Shown here: piece after piece, positions 11,483-22,727 of the stretch
How the letters are laid out: every line of letters begins with the position of its first letter
How positions within the stretch are numbered: the stretch's first letter is position 1
Assembly: GCA_030704615.1 (NCBI GenBank)
Contig: CM060732.1
Coordinates: forward strand, 41,478,001-41,542,000
From: Takakia lepidozioides
Lineage: Eukaryota > Plantae > Bryophyta
Direction of reading: 5' to 3'
Length of the DNA stretch: 64,000 nucleotides
Position numbers and translations under genes: made by a program
The notes under the pieces: model-generated
The model's input: the letters and a program-made list of their open reading frames with translations, nothing else
Databases searched by the model: none
What the model was told of the DNA's origin: nothing

Positions 11483-14043
11483 ACATTCGCTTAAGACTCC
11501 ATACACGGAAGATCGTGTTGGTGCGTGTGGAGTTGTCATCACCAATAATCCCCACAAGAACACACCCCATTCTTGAAATGATGAAAGCGGTTGGCATCCC
11601 TTGCTATGATCTCACACCCAACAATTGTGGAGATAAATTTGCTGGTAGTGTGGCAATCCCCACATACCCTGAGATTTTTAATTATGCAGATAGGTGTCCC
11701 AGGGGGCGTGCTGATGAGCCCAAACACAATGGCCAGCTTTTCACTATGATAGCCAAGAGCCTGTTCCTTCATCTTCTGATCCACATCATGTAACACAAAG
11801 CGTGTATTGGGAACATATCCCACTTCCTTAATTTGTCTATCCAATCTTTCCAACACAGCATATATCTCCTCGGTCTGCGGGTGCGATCTATCTTCTACAC
11901 CGAACGTATGTACCCTATTCTTGACTTCGATCCAGCTACGCCCTGGCTCCTTCTTCACACCCCTGTCCTTCATGGCCTTTCTCACCTTTGCTATATCATC
12001 CCACCTGCCAGCCGCACCATAGACATTTGAAAGCAGCACATACACTCCGGCATCTTGTGGTTTGAATTTGAGTATATGTTCTGCAGCCCGTTCTGCTACC
12101 TCCACATTACCATAGATTCTGCATGCACCAAGCAATGGCCCCCACACTGAAGCATTTGGCTCCACCGGCATTTTGCTGATGAAGTCCTCTGCCTCATGTA
12201 ATTGCCCTGATCGACCAAGAAGGCCGACCATGCAGCCATAGTGCATTCCTGTTGGTGGGATGCCATGATCATGACTCATGGAGAGGAAGTAACTATGGCC
12301 TTTGTCCACCAGGCCCATACTGTTGCATGCAGAGAGAACACCAACAAATGTGACAGAGTCTGGCTTCACTCCTTCGTGTAACATTTGTTCAAAGAGTTGG
12401 AGGGCCTCCTTACCAATCCCGTTCTGGGCATATCCCACAACCATGGTATTCCATGAGACCACGTCCCGTTGAGGAATTTTGTCAAATACTTGTCGTGCAT
12501 CACCCACACTCCCGCACTTGGCATACATGTCGACAAGAGCATTAGAAACTCGAACATCTGACTCCAATCCTGATCTGACGATGAGGTCATGGATCCACTT
12601 GCCCTCTTCTAGGGCTGCTAGACTGGCGCATGCGTTCAGGATGCTCATGAAAGCGACCTCGTTGGGCTTCACGCCAGCACTTTGCATTTGCCGAAAGAGT
12701 TCAAAAGACTTCTCACAATCACCATGCTGAGAGTATCCAGCAATCATCGCCGTCCATGAGACCACATCTCGTTCGCGCAGACTGTCAAACACCCGGCGGC
12801 CATCCACCACACTACCGCATTTGCAATACATACTGATGAGGGCATTCCCCACTCCAACATCAGACTCCAGTCCAGCTTTCATGATAGACACATGGAGATG
12901 CCTGCCGGATTCCAGGGCCATTGGGCTCGAACATGCGCTCAGAATGCTCAAGAAAGTCACTCTGTCTGCCGTCACGCCGCCTCTTTGCATTTGCCCAAAG
13001 AGTCCAAAGGCTTCCTCATCATGGCCCTGCTGAGCGCATCCTGCAATCATCGCATTCCACGAGATCACATCTCGCTTAGGCATCCTATCAAACATTTGCC
13101 GCGCATCCGCCATACTCCCGCACTTGCAATACATGCTGACAAGGGCATTCCCCACTCTCACGTCTGACTCAAATCCAGCTGTAATAATGCCCGCATGGAG
13201 CCGCTTGCCATGTTCTAGATCTACTGGCCCAGCACATGCATTCAGAATGCTCATGAAAGTAACCCTGTCTGCCTTCACGCCCTCTCTTTCCATTTGCCGA
13301 AAGAGTTCAAATGCAGCTTCTCCCTGCCCTTGCTTAGCTAATCCTCCAATCATCGCAGTCCAAGAAATCGCATTTCGTTGAGGCATTTTGTCAAACACTC
13401 GGCGCGCATCCCCAATGCTTCCGCACTTGCAATACATGCTGACAAGGGTGTTTGCAAGGAACATGTTTGACTCAAATCCACTTTTGATGATGTGGGCATG
13501 GACCCCCTTCACATCTGCGAGGGCCTTCGTCTTTGCATACCCCTGCAAGAGACGAGCGCAGGTCTCGGAATATGCCCAAAAGCCTCGTTGCTCCATCACA
13601 TCCAAAAGCTGCACCGCCTCCTTCAAGCGTCCCTCGCCGCACACTGAAGCCATATTCCCACCAGTACCCCAACTGTTCGTCCTGTTCTTGCTCCATTCCC
13701 TCGCTCTAGTTTCTCTCACTCCGTTCAAAACAGCGGACGTGCCAAGACCCACACATGCGCCCCCACTGGGATGCCCAAGAAACAACTGGGTCTGCCTCCA
13801 TACTTGCAACCCCACTGCCCTGCATCATGAACATCCCAAAGATCAATGCAAGATTCTGTCCCCACCTTTTCGCAGGTAACAGCATGAATGCACAAGGTTG
13901 GACAGCTTCTGTGGTGTTCAGATTCTTCATGCCAGAGGGGGAAGTGGAGCATACCCAATACTGTAGCAGATCTTTCTTTGAGAACGCATCACACAGACAT
14001 TGGCAGCTGCACCATGTTGAGCACTGCACTCCCTGCAAAGTCT
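11483..14043 (-). repeat. Right arm of the 2561-bp inverted repeat
   Basis: Reverse complement of 6118-8678 with about 11 substitutions seen. Confidence 0.97.
11539..13815 (-). CDS. PLS-E1-E2-DYW PPR protein, copy 2 (6 aa differences from copy 1, all in the DYW domain)
   Basis: 758-aa ORF identical to 6346-8622 except A>V, D>N, A>V, R>C, A>T, R>C after the PG box. HSE and CxxC are retained. Confidence 0.95.
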   Translation of the reverse strand: MGLQVWRQTQLFLGHPSGGACVGLGTSAVLNGVRETRAREWSKNRTNSWGTGGNMASVCGEGRLKEAVQLLDVMEQRGFWAYSETCARLLQGYAKTKALADVKGVHAHIIKSGFESNMFLANTLVSMYCKCGSIGDARRVFDKMPQRNAISWTAMIGGLAKQGQGEAAFELFRQMEREGVKADRVTFMSILNACAGPVDLEHGKRLHAGIITAGFESDVRVGNALVSMYCKCGSMADARQMFDRMPKRDVISWNAMIAGCAQQGHDEEAFGLFGQMQRGGVTADRVTFLSILSACSSPMALESGRHLHVSIMKAGLESDVGVGNALISMYCKCGSVVDGRRVFDSLRERDVVSWTAMIAGYSQHGDCEKSFELFRQMQSAGVKPNEVAFMSILNACASLAALEEGKWIHDLIVRSGLESDVRVSNALVDMYAKCGSVGDARQVFDKIPQRDVVSWNTMVVGYAQNGIGKEALQLFEQMLHEGVKPDSVTFVGVLSACNSMGLVDKGHSYFLSMSHDHGIPPTGMHYGCMVGLLGRSGQLHEAEDFISKMPVEPNASVWGPLLGACRIYGNVEVAERAAEHILKFKPQDAGVYVLLSNVYGAAGRWDDIAKVRKAMKDRGVKKEPGRSWIEVKNRVHTFGVEDRSHPQTEEIYAVLERLDRQIKEVGYVPNTRFVLHDVDQKMKEQALGYHSEKLAIVFGLISTPPGTPICIIKNLRVCGDCHTTSKFISTIVGCEIIARDANRFHHFKNGVCSCGDYW

Positions 14044-15067
14044 CTGAGAATGATGATGCACATCTACATTACAGCGCATCTCGATCGTAACCTGCCAACA
14101 GCCTCTGTTGGGACCTCAATTCGCGTGAGTCTTGCATACGGGCAGGGTTTCTTTCCCACATTTACGGTCACAGACTGTGCAAATGGCCGCACGTACAGTA
14201 CTGAATTACGAGTTCTGCTGTTTTCGGGAGATTTCTGGAGTGCAAAGTGATAGGAGGGACCTCTCTCAAGCTACAGTATGTATGACTGTCCATCTGTGGG
14301 TGGTGCGAATGCTGATTCTTGCAGGGTCAGGTCTGGTGATTTCCGATAAGCCGTAGTGGATGTTGAAGGTGCTCTGCAATTTGGGTGGGTTGCTTCTTAG
14401 TGGGTGTTGTTTACACATTTGGTTACAATCTCATGGTGAGACGGCAAAGCGCCGGAGGCTCGCAAACAGTGAGATGGTTTCCAGCTTGGTGGTACGTACA
14501 TTCATTCGCATCATGTCCTTTTCATGTCGGGACGATGATAGGATGGCAGAATTTCAGCTGAAGGGAGTTGTGGGAATCGGTGGTTTTGGAGATGTAGTAA
14601 TGGGATGGCGGGAGCAGAAGGATAGGGCTCTACACTGTACAGATTCCTATTTTTTGTTTGTATATCATTTTGTCTCTGAAGTGATCTGTTTTTGAGTTTG
14701 AACTGCTGTTTCCCGTTTGCGACTAGAGCGATGTATGTTGCAGGTCACTTTCTTCCTGTCACCTGAGATGGAGGTTGGTAATTTAAAGAAGATGCATCAC
14801 ACTCGAGATCATGAGCTCCTGCCTTTACCGTTGTAATTGACCTCCCTCGGTGGTGGAGTGCGATGGGCTTCCAAAGGCAATTGTGGAGTCTTCGGTATGG
14901 TGAATTTTGATCCCTCTTCTTTGCTCCATTGTTCTGGACAACGTCAATGAAAGTAGCATTGAGGATACTACGGGTACGAATAACATGAGTGAATCATTCG
15001 TACAGCAGTTCTTGACTGTCGCTCCAAATGGCCATGCAGAGTAGTAGGGTTTCGATTCTGGAAAGAA

Positions 15068-16879
15068 ATGGAGTCAGTTGTTCTGGATCATAGTGGCAGC
15101 AAGGTTTTTGCTCTTGGCACGGCCACGATCACCACTACTTCTAATGGAGAGGGAGGAGAGCAACAAAAGGGAGTGGGAAGTGGCGAGGAGTCTTATGGTT
15201 CCAGCAGGGAGTTGAGCACACTCTGTCGGGAGGGACGATTGAAGGAGGCGGTGAAATTTTTGGACACTATGGATCAAGGAGACATTCGAGCATACTCTGA
15301 CGCCTATGCTTCTATCTTGCAGGGTTGTGCTAAGATGAAAGCTTTGGAAGATGGAAAGCAGGTCCATGCCCACATCATTAGGAGTGGATATGGCTCAGAC
15401 TTTTCTCTTGGAAACACACTTGTTAGCATGTATTCCAAGTGCGGAAGTATTTTGGATGCACGGCAAGTGTTTGACAATATGTCTGAACGAAATGTGATAT
15501 CGTGGACAGCAATGATTTCTGGATATGCTCAGGAAGGGTATGGCAAGGAGGCATTTGAACTTTTTAAGGAGATGCAACGAGCAGGGGTAAACCCTGACAA
15601 GGTTACCTTCATCAGCATCCTCAATGCATGTACAGTCCCTGCAGCTCTTCAACAGGGAAAGCAGGTTCATGCTCAGATTATCAATGCTGGGTTTGAGTCA
15701 GATGTGCATCTAGGGAATGCCATTGTCACCATGTATGCTAGGTGTGGGGATGTTACGAGTGCGCAGCAAGTGTTTGACAAGATGCCCGAACGAGATGTGG
15801 TTTCGTGGACTACCCTTGTTAACATGTATTGCAAGTGCGGGAACCTGGTGAATGCACGCCAAGTGTTTGATGAAATGCCAAAACGAGACGTGGTCTCGTG
15901 GACTGCAATGATTGCTGGATATGCTCAGCAAGGGCACAGTGAGATGGCATTCCAACTTTTTCGGCAAATGCAACAAGAAGGTGTGAGGCCTGACAAGGTC
16001 ACTTTTCTTAGCATCCTCAATGCATGTGCTAGCCCAGGAGCTCTGCAACAGGGCAAGCAGGTCCACGGCCACATCATCAACGCTAGATTTGAGTCAGACG
16101 TTCGGCTAGGAAATGCCCTTGTCAGCATGTATGCCAAATGCGGCAGTGTAGATAGTGCACGTCGGGTGTTTGACAAAATGTTTAAACGAGATGTGGTCTC
16201 ATGGACTGCTCTTGTTGACATGTATTGCAAGTGCGGGAGTGTGAAGGATGCGCGACAAGTGTTTGACCAAATGCCCAAACGAGATGTGGTGTCATGGAAT
16301 GCTATGATTTCAGGTTATGCTCAGCGGGGTCATGGTGAAGAGGTTTTTGAACTTGTTCAGCAAATGCATGGAGAAGGATTGAAACCCGATAGTGTAACCT
16401 TCATTGGCATCCTCAATGCATGTTCAAGCCAAGCAGCCCTTGAAGAGGGAAAGCGAGTTCATGGCCGGATCATTGAATCTGGATTTGAATCAGATGTCTC
16501 TGTGGGAAATGCCCTTGTTGACATGTATTCAAAGTGCAGGAGTGTAGTCGATGCAAGGCAAGTCTTCGATAGAATTCCTAAGCGAGATGTGGTGTCCTGG
16601 AATGCAATGATTACAGGATACACCCAGAATGGATATGGCACAGAGGCTCTCCAACTCTTCAAACAGATGCAATGGGAAGATGTTAAGCCAGACAATATCA
16701 CATTCATTGGTGTTCTCACCGCATGCAGCCAGTTGGGCCTGGTGGATGAGGCCCGTCAATACTTCCGGTCTATGAGTCAAGACCATGGGATTACGCCAAC
16801 ATGGAAGCACCATGGCTACATGGCACAACTAGTTGGCCCTTCAGGTTGCTTGGAGGAGGTTGACACATTGTTGACCTGA
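15068..16879 (+). CDS. PLS-type PPR protein lacking E and DYW domains
   Basis: Intact 603-aa ORF of P/L/S motifs including doubled S (SS) motifs. Ends in a degenerate S2 (ITPTWKHHGYMAQLVGPSGCLEEV). Confidence 0.92.
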   Translation: MESVVLDHSGSKVFALGTATITTTSNGEGGEQQKGVGSGEESYGSSRELSTLCREGRLKEAVKFLDTMDQGDIRAYSDAYASILQGCAKMKALEDGKQVHAHIIRSGYGSDFSLGNTLVSMYSKCGSILDARQVFDNMSERNVISWTAMISGYAQEGYGKEAFELFKEMQRAGVNPDKVTFISILNACTVPAALQQGKQVHAQIINAGFESDVHLGNAIVTMYARCGDVTSAQQVFDKMPERDVVSWTTLVNMYCKCGNLVNARQVFDEMPKRDVVSWTAMIAGYAQQGHSEMAFQLFRQMQQEGVRPDKVTFLSILNACASPGALQQGKQVHGHIINARFESDVRLGNALVSMYAKCGSVDSARRVFDKMFKRDVVSWTALVDMYCKCGSVKDARQVFDQMPKRDVVSWNAMISGYAQRGHGEEVFELVQQMHGEGLKPDSVTFIGILNACSSQAALEEGKRVHGRIIESGFESDVSVGNALVDMYSKCRSVVDARQVFDRIPKRDVVSWNAMITGYTQNGYGTEALQLFKQMQWEDVKPDNITFIGVLTACSQLGLVDEARQYFRSMSQDHGITPTWKHHGYMAQLVGPSGCLEEVDTLLT

Positions 16880-17760
16880 GTATGTGTAGGTAAAATAGGT
16901 TGGATATTGTGAGCTGAACTGTGTGGCATTGCCAAGCTGCATACTTAACAGCTACACAGGCTGACCACATCTGTAGGACTAGCAACAAACCAAGCTGAAG
17001 TGTCCTAAACTGCATGAGAGGTATAATGAAATTTAGAGCGTGCCTTTTTAAGCAGGATTCAAAATCTTGAGAGCATCAATGATGATACTTCGAATTGGTT
17101 GAAGTGGTGTGGAGTAGGACTGCTGGATTGTCACAGGCTCCCCTTGACAGTCAACTAGTTTGAACTTTGTAACAGGTATCCTCTTCCATAATCTGCCTTC
17201 CAAATCCAGAAACATTTTGGAAATGTCGAAAACAGAGATGTCTTTGCAAACTAAAACTTCCAAGTTCCTTGGATCATGAAGGTCTTTGAAGACTCAATCT
17301 ACTACTGAAGATTGAAGTGGGCTGCAAAGGTGTCTGCAGGAAAAGAACCATGTTGAAGAAATCTGCTATGGTCCAGTTCAGATTGTTCATCACGTAATTA
17401 TCAGTGTCACCCACTCTCCTGAACAATCTAGCCATTTCAGTCCATTAGTAGGCTCAAATGCCGCCTCAATCCAACCTTATTTTCCTAAAGAGTTTGTCCA
17501 GTTGCACTGTAGTATTTGAAGGTAAGCAGGCAAACTCCTAGAAGATAAGTAGAATTAGTTTAGCGAGCACCCGAGGCACTGAGAGACTCCCGAAAGAATC
17601 AAAGGTACAATTCATGCCTGCCTCATTACAGGGAGTTTTCCAATCCCAAGCCACATTTTTGCAGTTTCTGTATGTACAGGTCCCAAAGAACGTCGCGTAG
17701 ATTCAGGCTGCAAAGTGTCCAAGGGTTTCCTTCGTCTTACAATTCTTCCAACCTCTTCTC

Positions 17761-20700
17761 ATGAATGCACTGGTACTGCAGGCACCACCTAGTAAGTTCC
17801 TCAACCCTCTCTCAAAATGTCATGTCCGCTTGCCTGCAGAGAGAATTCTGTCAGTTCCTGTTGCCAGCAATGCCTTCTCTCTCTCCGTCTCTCTGTCTTC
17901 TTCAGCTTTCGCTGGAGTGAACATTCCCGCCCGTTGTAGCATTATAAGCTCCAGTACCCACTTAATATCAAATTCGTCGACAAGCCCATCTGTCAGATCT
18001 TTGAAACTTTCAGATTTTTGCAGCTCCATCCTCTTCATAAACTCTCGTACGATTCCTGTCAGTGAACCAAGCTTCCTCAATGATATTTCGAGTCATTCTT
18101 CACGGAAAGGGTCGCACAATAACATCGGTCTCGTCGGGGAGCCGCTTGCTCCAAAGACAACGCGTCAATACTCTGAAAGACTCACTCTGTTTCAACCATC
18201 ATTTCTCTCCAGGAAACTCACCTGGCTAAACCCTATTCGGTGTTCTCACCATAACAACCCCTCTCTCTCATCAATGGCTGCCATGCCTTCAGTTTCTACA
18301 ATAAATGAGCTACCTTCAGCAGCTGCGACGGCGACAACACAGGACGCTTCCACGGGTGGTTCTCAAACAGAAGTGCTGGTGCAGTACATAGTAGTACGAA
18401 AGGATTTGATGGACACAATGAAATGGCCACTGGGGAGCGTGATTTCTCAAGGCTGTCATGCTGCCGTTGCAGCAATTTGGCTGCACAAGGAGGATCCAGA
18501 TACTGCCCAGTACTGTGGGCTTGAGAATCTAGACAACATGCACAAGGTTTGTGATTTATTCTTTTCCTTTTGCTGCTACTCTTGGTTTGTCTGGACACCA
18601 AGCATGCATTCAATCAGAGCCTCTTATATCTGATACTCTTCCTGACATTCTCTTCTTCTTTGTGAAGGTGATAATCTGGTATACATGGTTTCTGAATGGT
18701 GTAACTGGATGATGGGATATTGTAATACCACAGCTATTACCAGCTGGGCTATACCATGTTGATAACTGTTGATTTTTCCGAGGTGTTGAGATTTTGACCC
18801 AATATTTAGAACCGACTGGTATCACTCTTAAAATGTTGAAAATCCAAATACTTAGATTTGGCGGGTACGTTATACAGGGCATAATTGTGAGTATAGGCCC
18901 TCAATATAAGAGATGCAAGAATCTTTATGGTTCTTTCAGCACTTGTTCATTCTTTCTGTCTCTCTCTCTTGTATGGACCCTTGGCGCCTCCTGTGGCCTC
19001 TTTTCTCTTGTTCCGTTTTCACTTCCAAGGAACCGCCAGTCAGAACAGATTGCATGAACTAAAAACCCTAGGCAACCAAGTGCCAACAAGAGCAGCCCAA
19101 TACGGCTGTTTCAGCACACGTATTAAACCTGTGCAACCAAGACAAGTAAGCCTTTGAGCCAAGTTAGCATGTCAACCGATCTGCTAAACAAATCCACACA
19201 GCAGTCATTTTGGGGAGGGGTATTGCACCCAACACTACTTGTACATAGAATATGCCAAGGAGATGTGCGGTTAGAAGCGTGTGGGTAATTTTGAACCACA
19301 GTGATTTTCTGTCAGCATCTACCAAATGGACAAAAACGTTTTTTGGCCAACACATGGCGTTGCTCAGATTGTACTCATAAGACGTTGTTTGCCGTAGCCT
19401 TGTGGCCATTGACCCCACGCCCAGTTTGAGCGGGAACAAAAGGGACAGAACCTACCTCTGTCAGGGGCTGACGTTGGTAGTAAGACTTACCTCCATATAA
19501 AGAATTAATCCGGGTTTTCCAGATATCCTCTAGAAATCCCTTCACACAAGCATCAATCTGCTGTGTGTGATTTGCCCAAAAACTAGGCCTCAGGAGGGCC
19601 TGGGCTTTTGGCTCAGCCTCGAGACTTTCAAAGTTGGTAAACAGGGGTACAGGCACAATTCCCGTAATAGATTTGAAGAGAGCGTCTCTTTGGTGAGAGA
19701 ACCCCGGACAGTGTATCAGAAAATGAATACTGTCTTCAGATTGCCCACACAACGGGCAATTGCACTCTCCCTTTCCTCTCTGCTTCTGTTTGCTGTTCAA
19801 AGGTAGGCTTCCAGCCCTGAGTTTAAATTTCAGTCTAGTGCCGAGAGTGGGTAGACCCTTGAGGTCATCCAAGATGTCCTCCCCCATGTCACAGACTGGA
19901 AACAAGTTCAGGGAAGTTTTCTGCCTAACTTCATTTTCATCAGACAATCTCATGGCAACAGACATGGCTGAGGACACTACAGCCTCTAAGTCAGATTTAT
20001 CCAGCAGGGTCAAGACTTGCGGATCCAGGTCCAGGTCCTTGAGGATCTCTTCTACTCTCTTCTGCCAGGACTCGGCCTGTTTGACAGGGCGGTCCTGTTT
20101 CCAAGATATAGAGTCGATTAATTTAGGATATCTGGTGTTGGGCATATGTTGCAGCTGACCCCACCATCTGACCTTGAATTGCTCAGAGAGCAACATGTTC
20201 CAGTAACTCTTTTGTCCAGAGAAGGAGCCAAGGCCTCCCAGTCTTTCAAGCAGCTTTACTTGCCCTGCCTCATTGCTAAGTCCCATGGAATGATATGGTA
20301 GCATAACACAGGCTGTCTAATAATATCAGATAAACTTCTGGGTGAACCGTCTTTACCCCAAGCATGGCCCACATATCTGAACCAATTTCTTCTTACTTAG
20401 CCTTGTGTTGCCCGTCTAAAGGAGGGAAGCCAAGCCAGTGACCTTGAGCAGAGAGCAATGAGGGTGCACCTTCTGCCTTGAAACTTGCCACTAAGGAAAG
20501 TTGGGTCCTGAGGTATGACGTTTGAATTTGGCAAGCAAGAATAGCCTGAACCTGAGGGTCCACAATGCTGAGACGTCCTTCAAATGTCATTATGTGACCA
20601 CATCGTAAGCCACCTGGGTATAAACTATCTTGCTGAGCTGTCTTGTTTGGGGGACCATGCGATGGTCTGATTGTGGAGCAGAGAGTGGCATGTAATTGCT

Positions 20701-21035
20701 TGTCACCCTTATTTGTCACACTATATCACATGGGCCTCAATCCCCGTGAACTTTATGAAATTACTTTCTTTCTTCTCTTCTCTCACTCCTTTCTATGGTC
20801 AGAACACTTGTAGTCAGCCGCTTCAAATGTATTGAAAATCTGTGGTGTGCAGGTTACTTTGGAAGTGAAGGGAGAGACCCAACTTCGGAACTTGGCGCAG
20901 AAATTGGAGAACGATGGGGTGGCCTACAAGTTGTGGATTGAGCAACCTGAAAACATCCCAACATGCCTGGCCACCAAACCCTACCGCAAGAGTGTAGTGG
21001 CTTCCTTCTTCAAAAGCCTCAAACTCTGCAAATAG
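17761..21035 (+). CDS. Peptidyl-tRNA hydrolase II (PTH2/PTRHD1-like) family protein; exons 17761 (or ATG 18273)-18546 and 20853-21035
   Basis: Motifs VQYIVVRKDL..KWPLGSVISQGCHAAVAA..LDNMHK|VTLEVKGE..KLWIEQPENIPTCLATKPY. GT at 18547 and AG at 20851-20852 join the exons in phase 0. Confidence 0.9.
19366..20180 (-). mobile_element. 5'-truncated LINE family A insertion in the PTH2 intron, with target-site duplication
   Basis: Nearly identical to 519-1332 with an open reading frame. TTGCTCAGA occurs at both ends (19360-19368 and 20179-20187). Confidence 0.92.
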
Positions 21036-21554
21036 ATTCTTGAAAACAATATGTTTCTTTAATTGAGGGTATGTGGGTGCAACATCCCACACTTGCAACT
21101 TCACTGTGTGCTTCTGAGTGCCTGCTACAGGAGTGGTGGAGCTGTGATAGTACCCTGTGCCATACCATGAAGATCATTCCATGTCCTCCACAGACCTCCC
21201 GCATGTCACTTCTGGGAAGACCATTTTGATCATGGTCATTGCATCGAGCCTGAAGCACTCAGGGGTCTTAGTTGCTGGCAGCTCTAGGATGTTCTCCAAA
21301 CCATTCTTCAAAGAACTGGAAATTTTTCACCAATTCTCTGGACCAGCTAAATCCCTTTTGTAAAGTTCCAGGATTCATATGTGGATGTCTGGGTGCATCT
21401 AAAAGCTTGGTGAATTCATCAATCTCGGAACACACCTTTTCACAGTCTGGAAAACTGTCTCTGTCAATTGTAAGTAGATCCACTTTCCAAGTAAGATCGG
21501 AGGGTTGGAGCCTTCCTTTCAGCATCTCTACCGTATTTCTACTACCCTAAGTAT

Positions 21555-22000
21555 GTGACGACGACGGACGTCGTCGTCCGTCGAGCTGACGTAGCACCGT
21601 CAGGCAAGAACAGACGTCGCAGTACCGTCGACGGCTCGCGTGCCACAAGTGGCCGTTAACGGTTGGGTGCCTTTCCGGTAACCCGGAGATATTTAGTGTT
21701 CGTCTGACGCGAACCGCCAGGTGCCGGGCGATCCATCACCGGCTGTTCCGGTCGAGGATAAAGCGGCCTTGTTATAGCCTGACAGTAACCGACAAGCAAC
21801 TGCCACCCTTTCACCTACCCCTGCGGTCCGGCCAGTGTGGTCCCGGGGTCAAACCCGGACACACATAATTGGCATGGATGAGAATGCTGACGAGGGGAAC
21901 AGATAAGAGATTTTTCGTACCTCAGCGACACGTGGGTCAATCGAATCCACCGTGGACGTGGCACGCGTAATGCGATGACGAATTAGGGTTTGCTGCTCAG
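21555..22000 (+). promoter_or_regulatory. CpG-rich putative promoter of the remorin gene
   Basis: Sharp local CpG enrichment, several ACGT cores (TGACGT, GACGTGGC) and a (GAA)n tract downstream. Lies upstream of the remorin ATG. Confidence 0.45.
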
Positions 22001-22727
22001 ATATTTGGAGACGAAGAAGAAGAAGAAGAAGGTGGTTGAGATTATTTAACGACTGGACACCCACAGGTGCCAGTAGTATCATTCTCCGTCTCAGATGCTG
22101 GAGGCTGTGTTAGTATATATTCTAGTTGGACTTGCCGTCCAGTCCTTGCTATCTTGCTGAATTGTGCTTCTTTCGCGATTGAGGATTTGTGTGTACCACT
22201 CTCTCTCTATCTCACACTCGCGACCTCCTCTGTCGCAATTGCTGCTCAGGCGACTTCGAGGACTTGTGGCCAAGAGTTGTCCTCTTTGTTACCTCTCTGC
22301 CGTAGAGATTGTTCCACCACCCCCCGTGAGGTGGAGCCTTCGGTTGTTCGAGCTTCTGTGTGGCATTGCCACTGAATTCACCAGCACAGAAAAATCTGTG
22401 ACTTTTTCCTCAGTCAAGATATTACCAATATCGTTTCTAAGCTTCGATGCTCTGCTTCCTTCCGTTTTGATCGAGCTACCTAACTCCCAACACCAGACCA
22501 ATCCTAGCAAATTAGACTATCTATTTCGGCTAAGTCTCTTGGAGAACCCAAGTTCTAGGCGATTATACCAGACAGTAGTTGTGTCGTAGTAACATAATAC
22601 TGCTTCAACTCCAATTTCTCCGAAATTTGGCACTCTGTTGATCTTACCCTTGAGTACTCACGAGCTTACCGTCTCTTAAACTATTCTGAAGGTGTAATTG
22701 TGCTGGAACCTCTCTGCTGCGTAAGGG

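Noticed and set aside
6118-14043. Fold-back sequencing or assembly chimera as the explanation for the inverted repeat
   Set aside because: A unique 2.8-kb spacer and biologically patterned CpG differences argue against it, though read-level confirmation is still needed.
6064-14250. Many short antisense or alternate-frame ORFs over the PPR genes
   Set aside because: Shadows of the repetitive PPR coding sequence; they are duplicated only because of the inverted repeat.
19375-20304. 309-aa host gene
   Set aside because: A LINE ORF2 fragment with a chance in-frame extension into flanking intron sequence.
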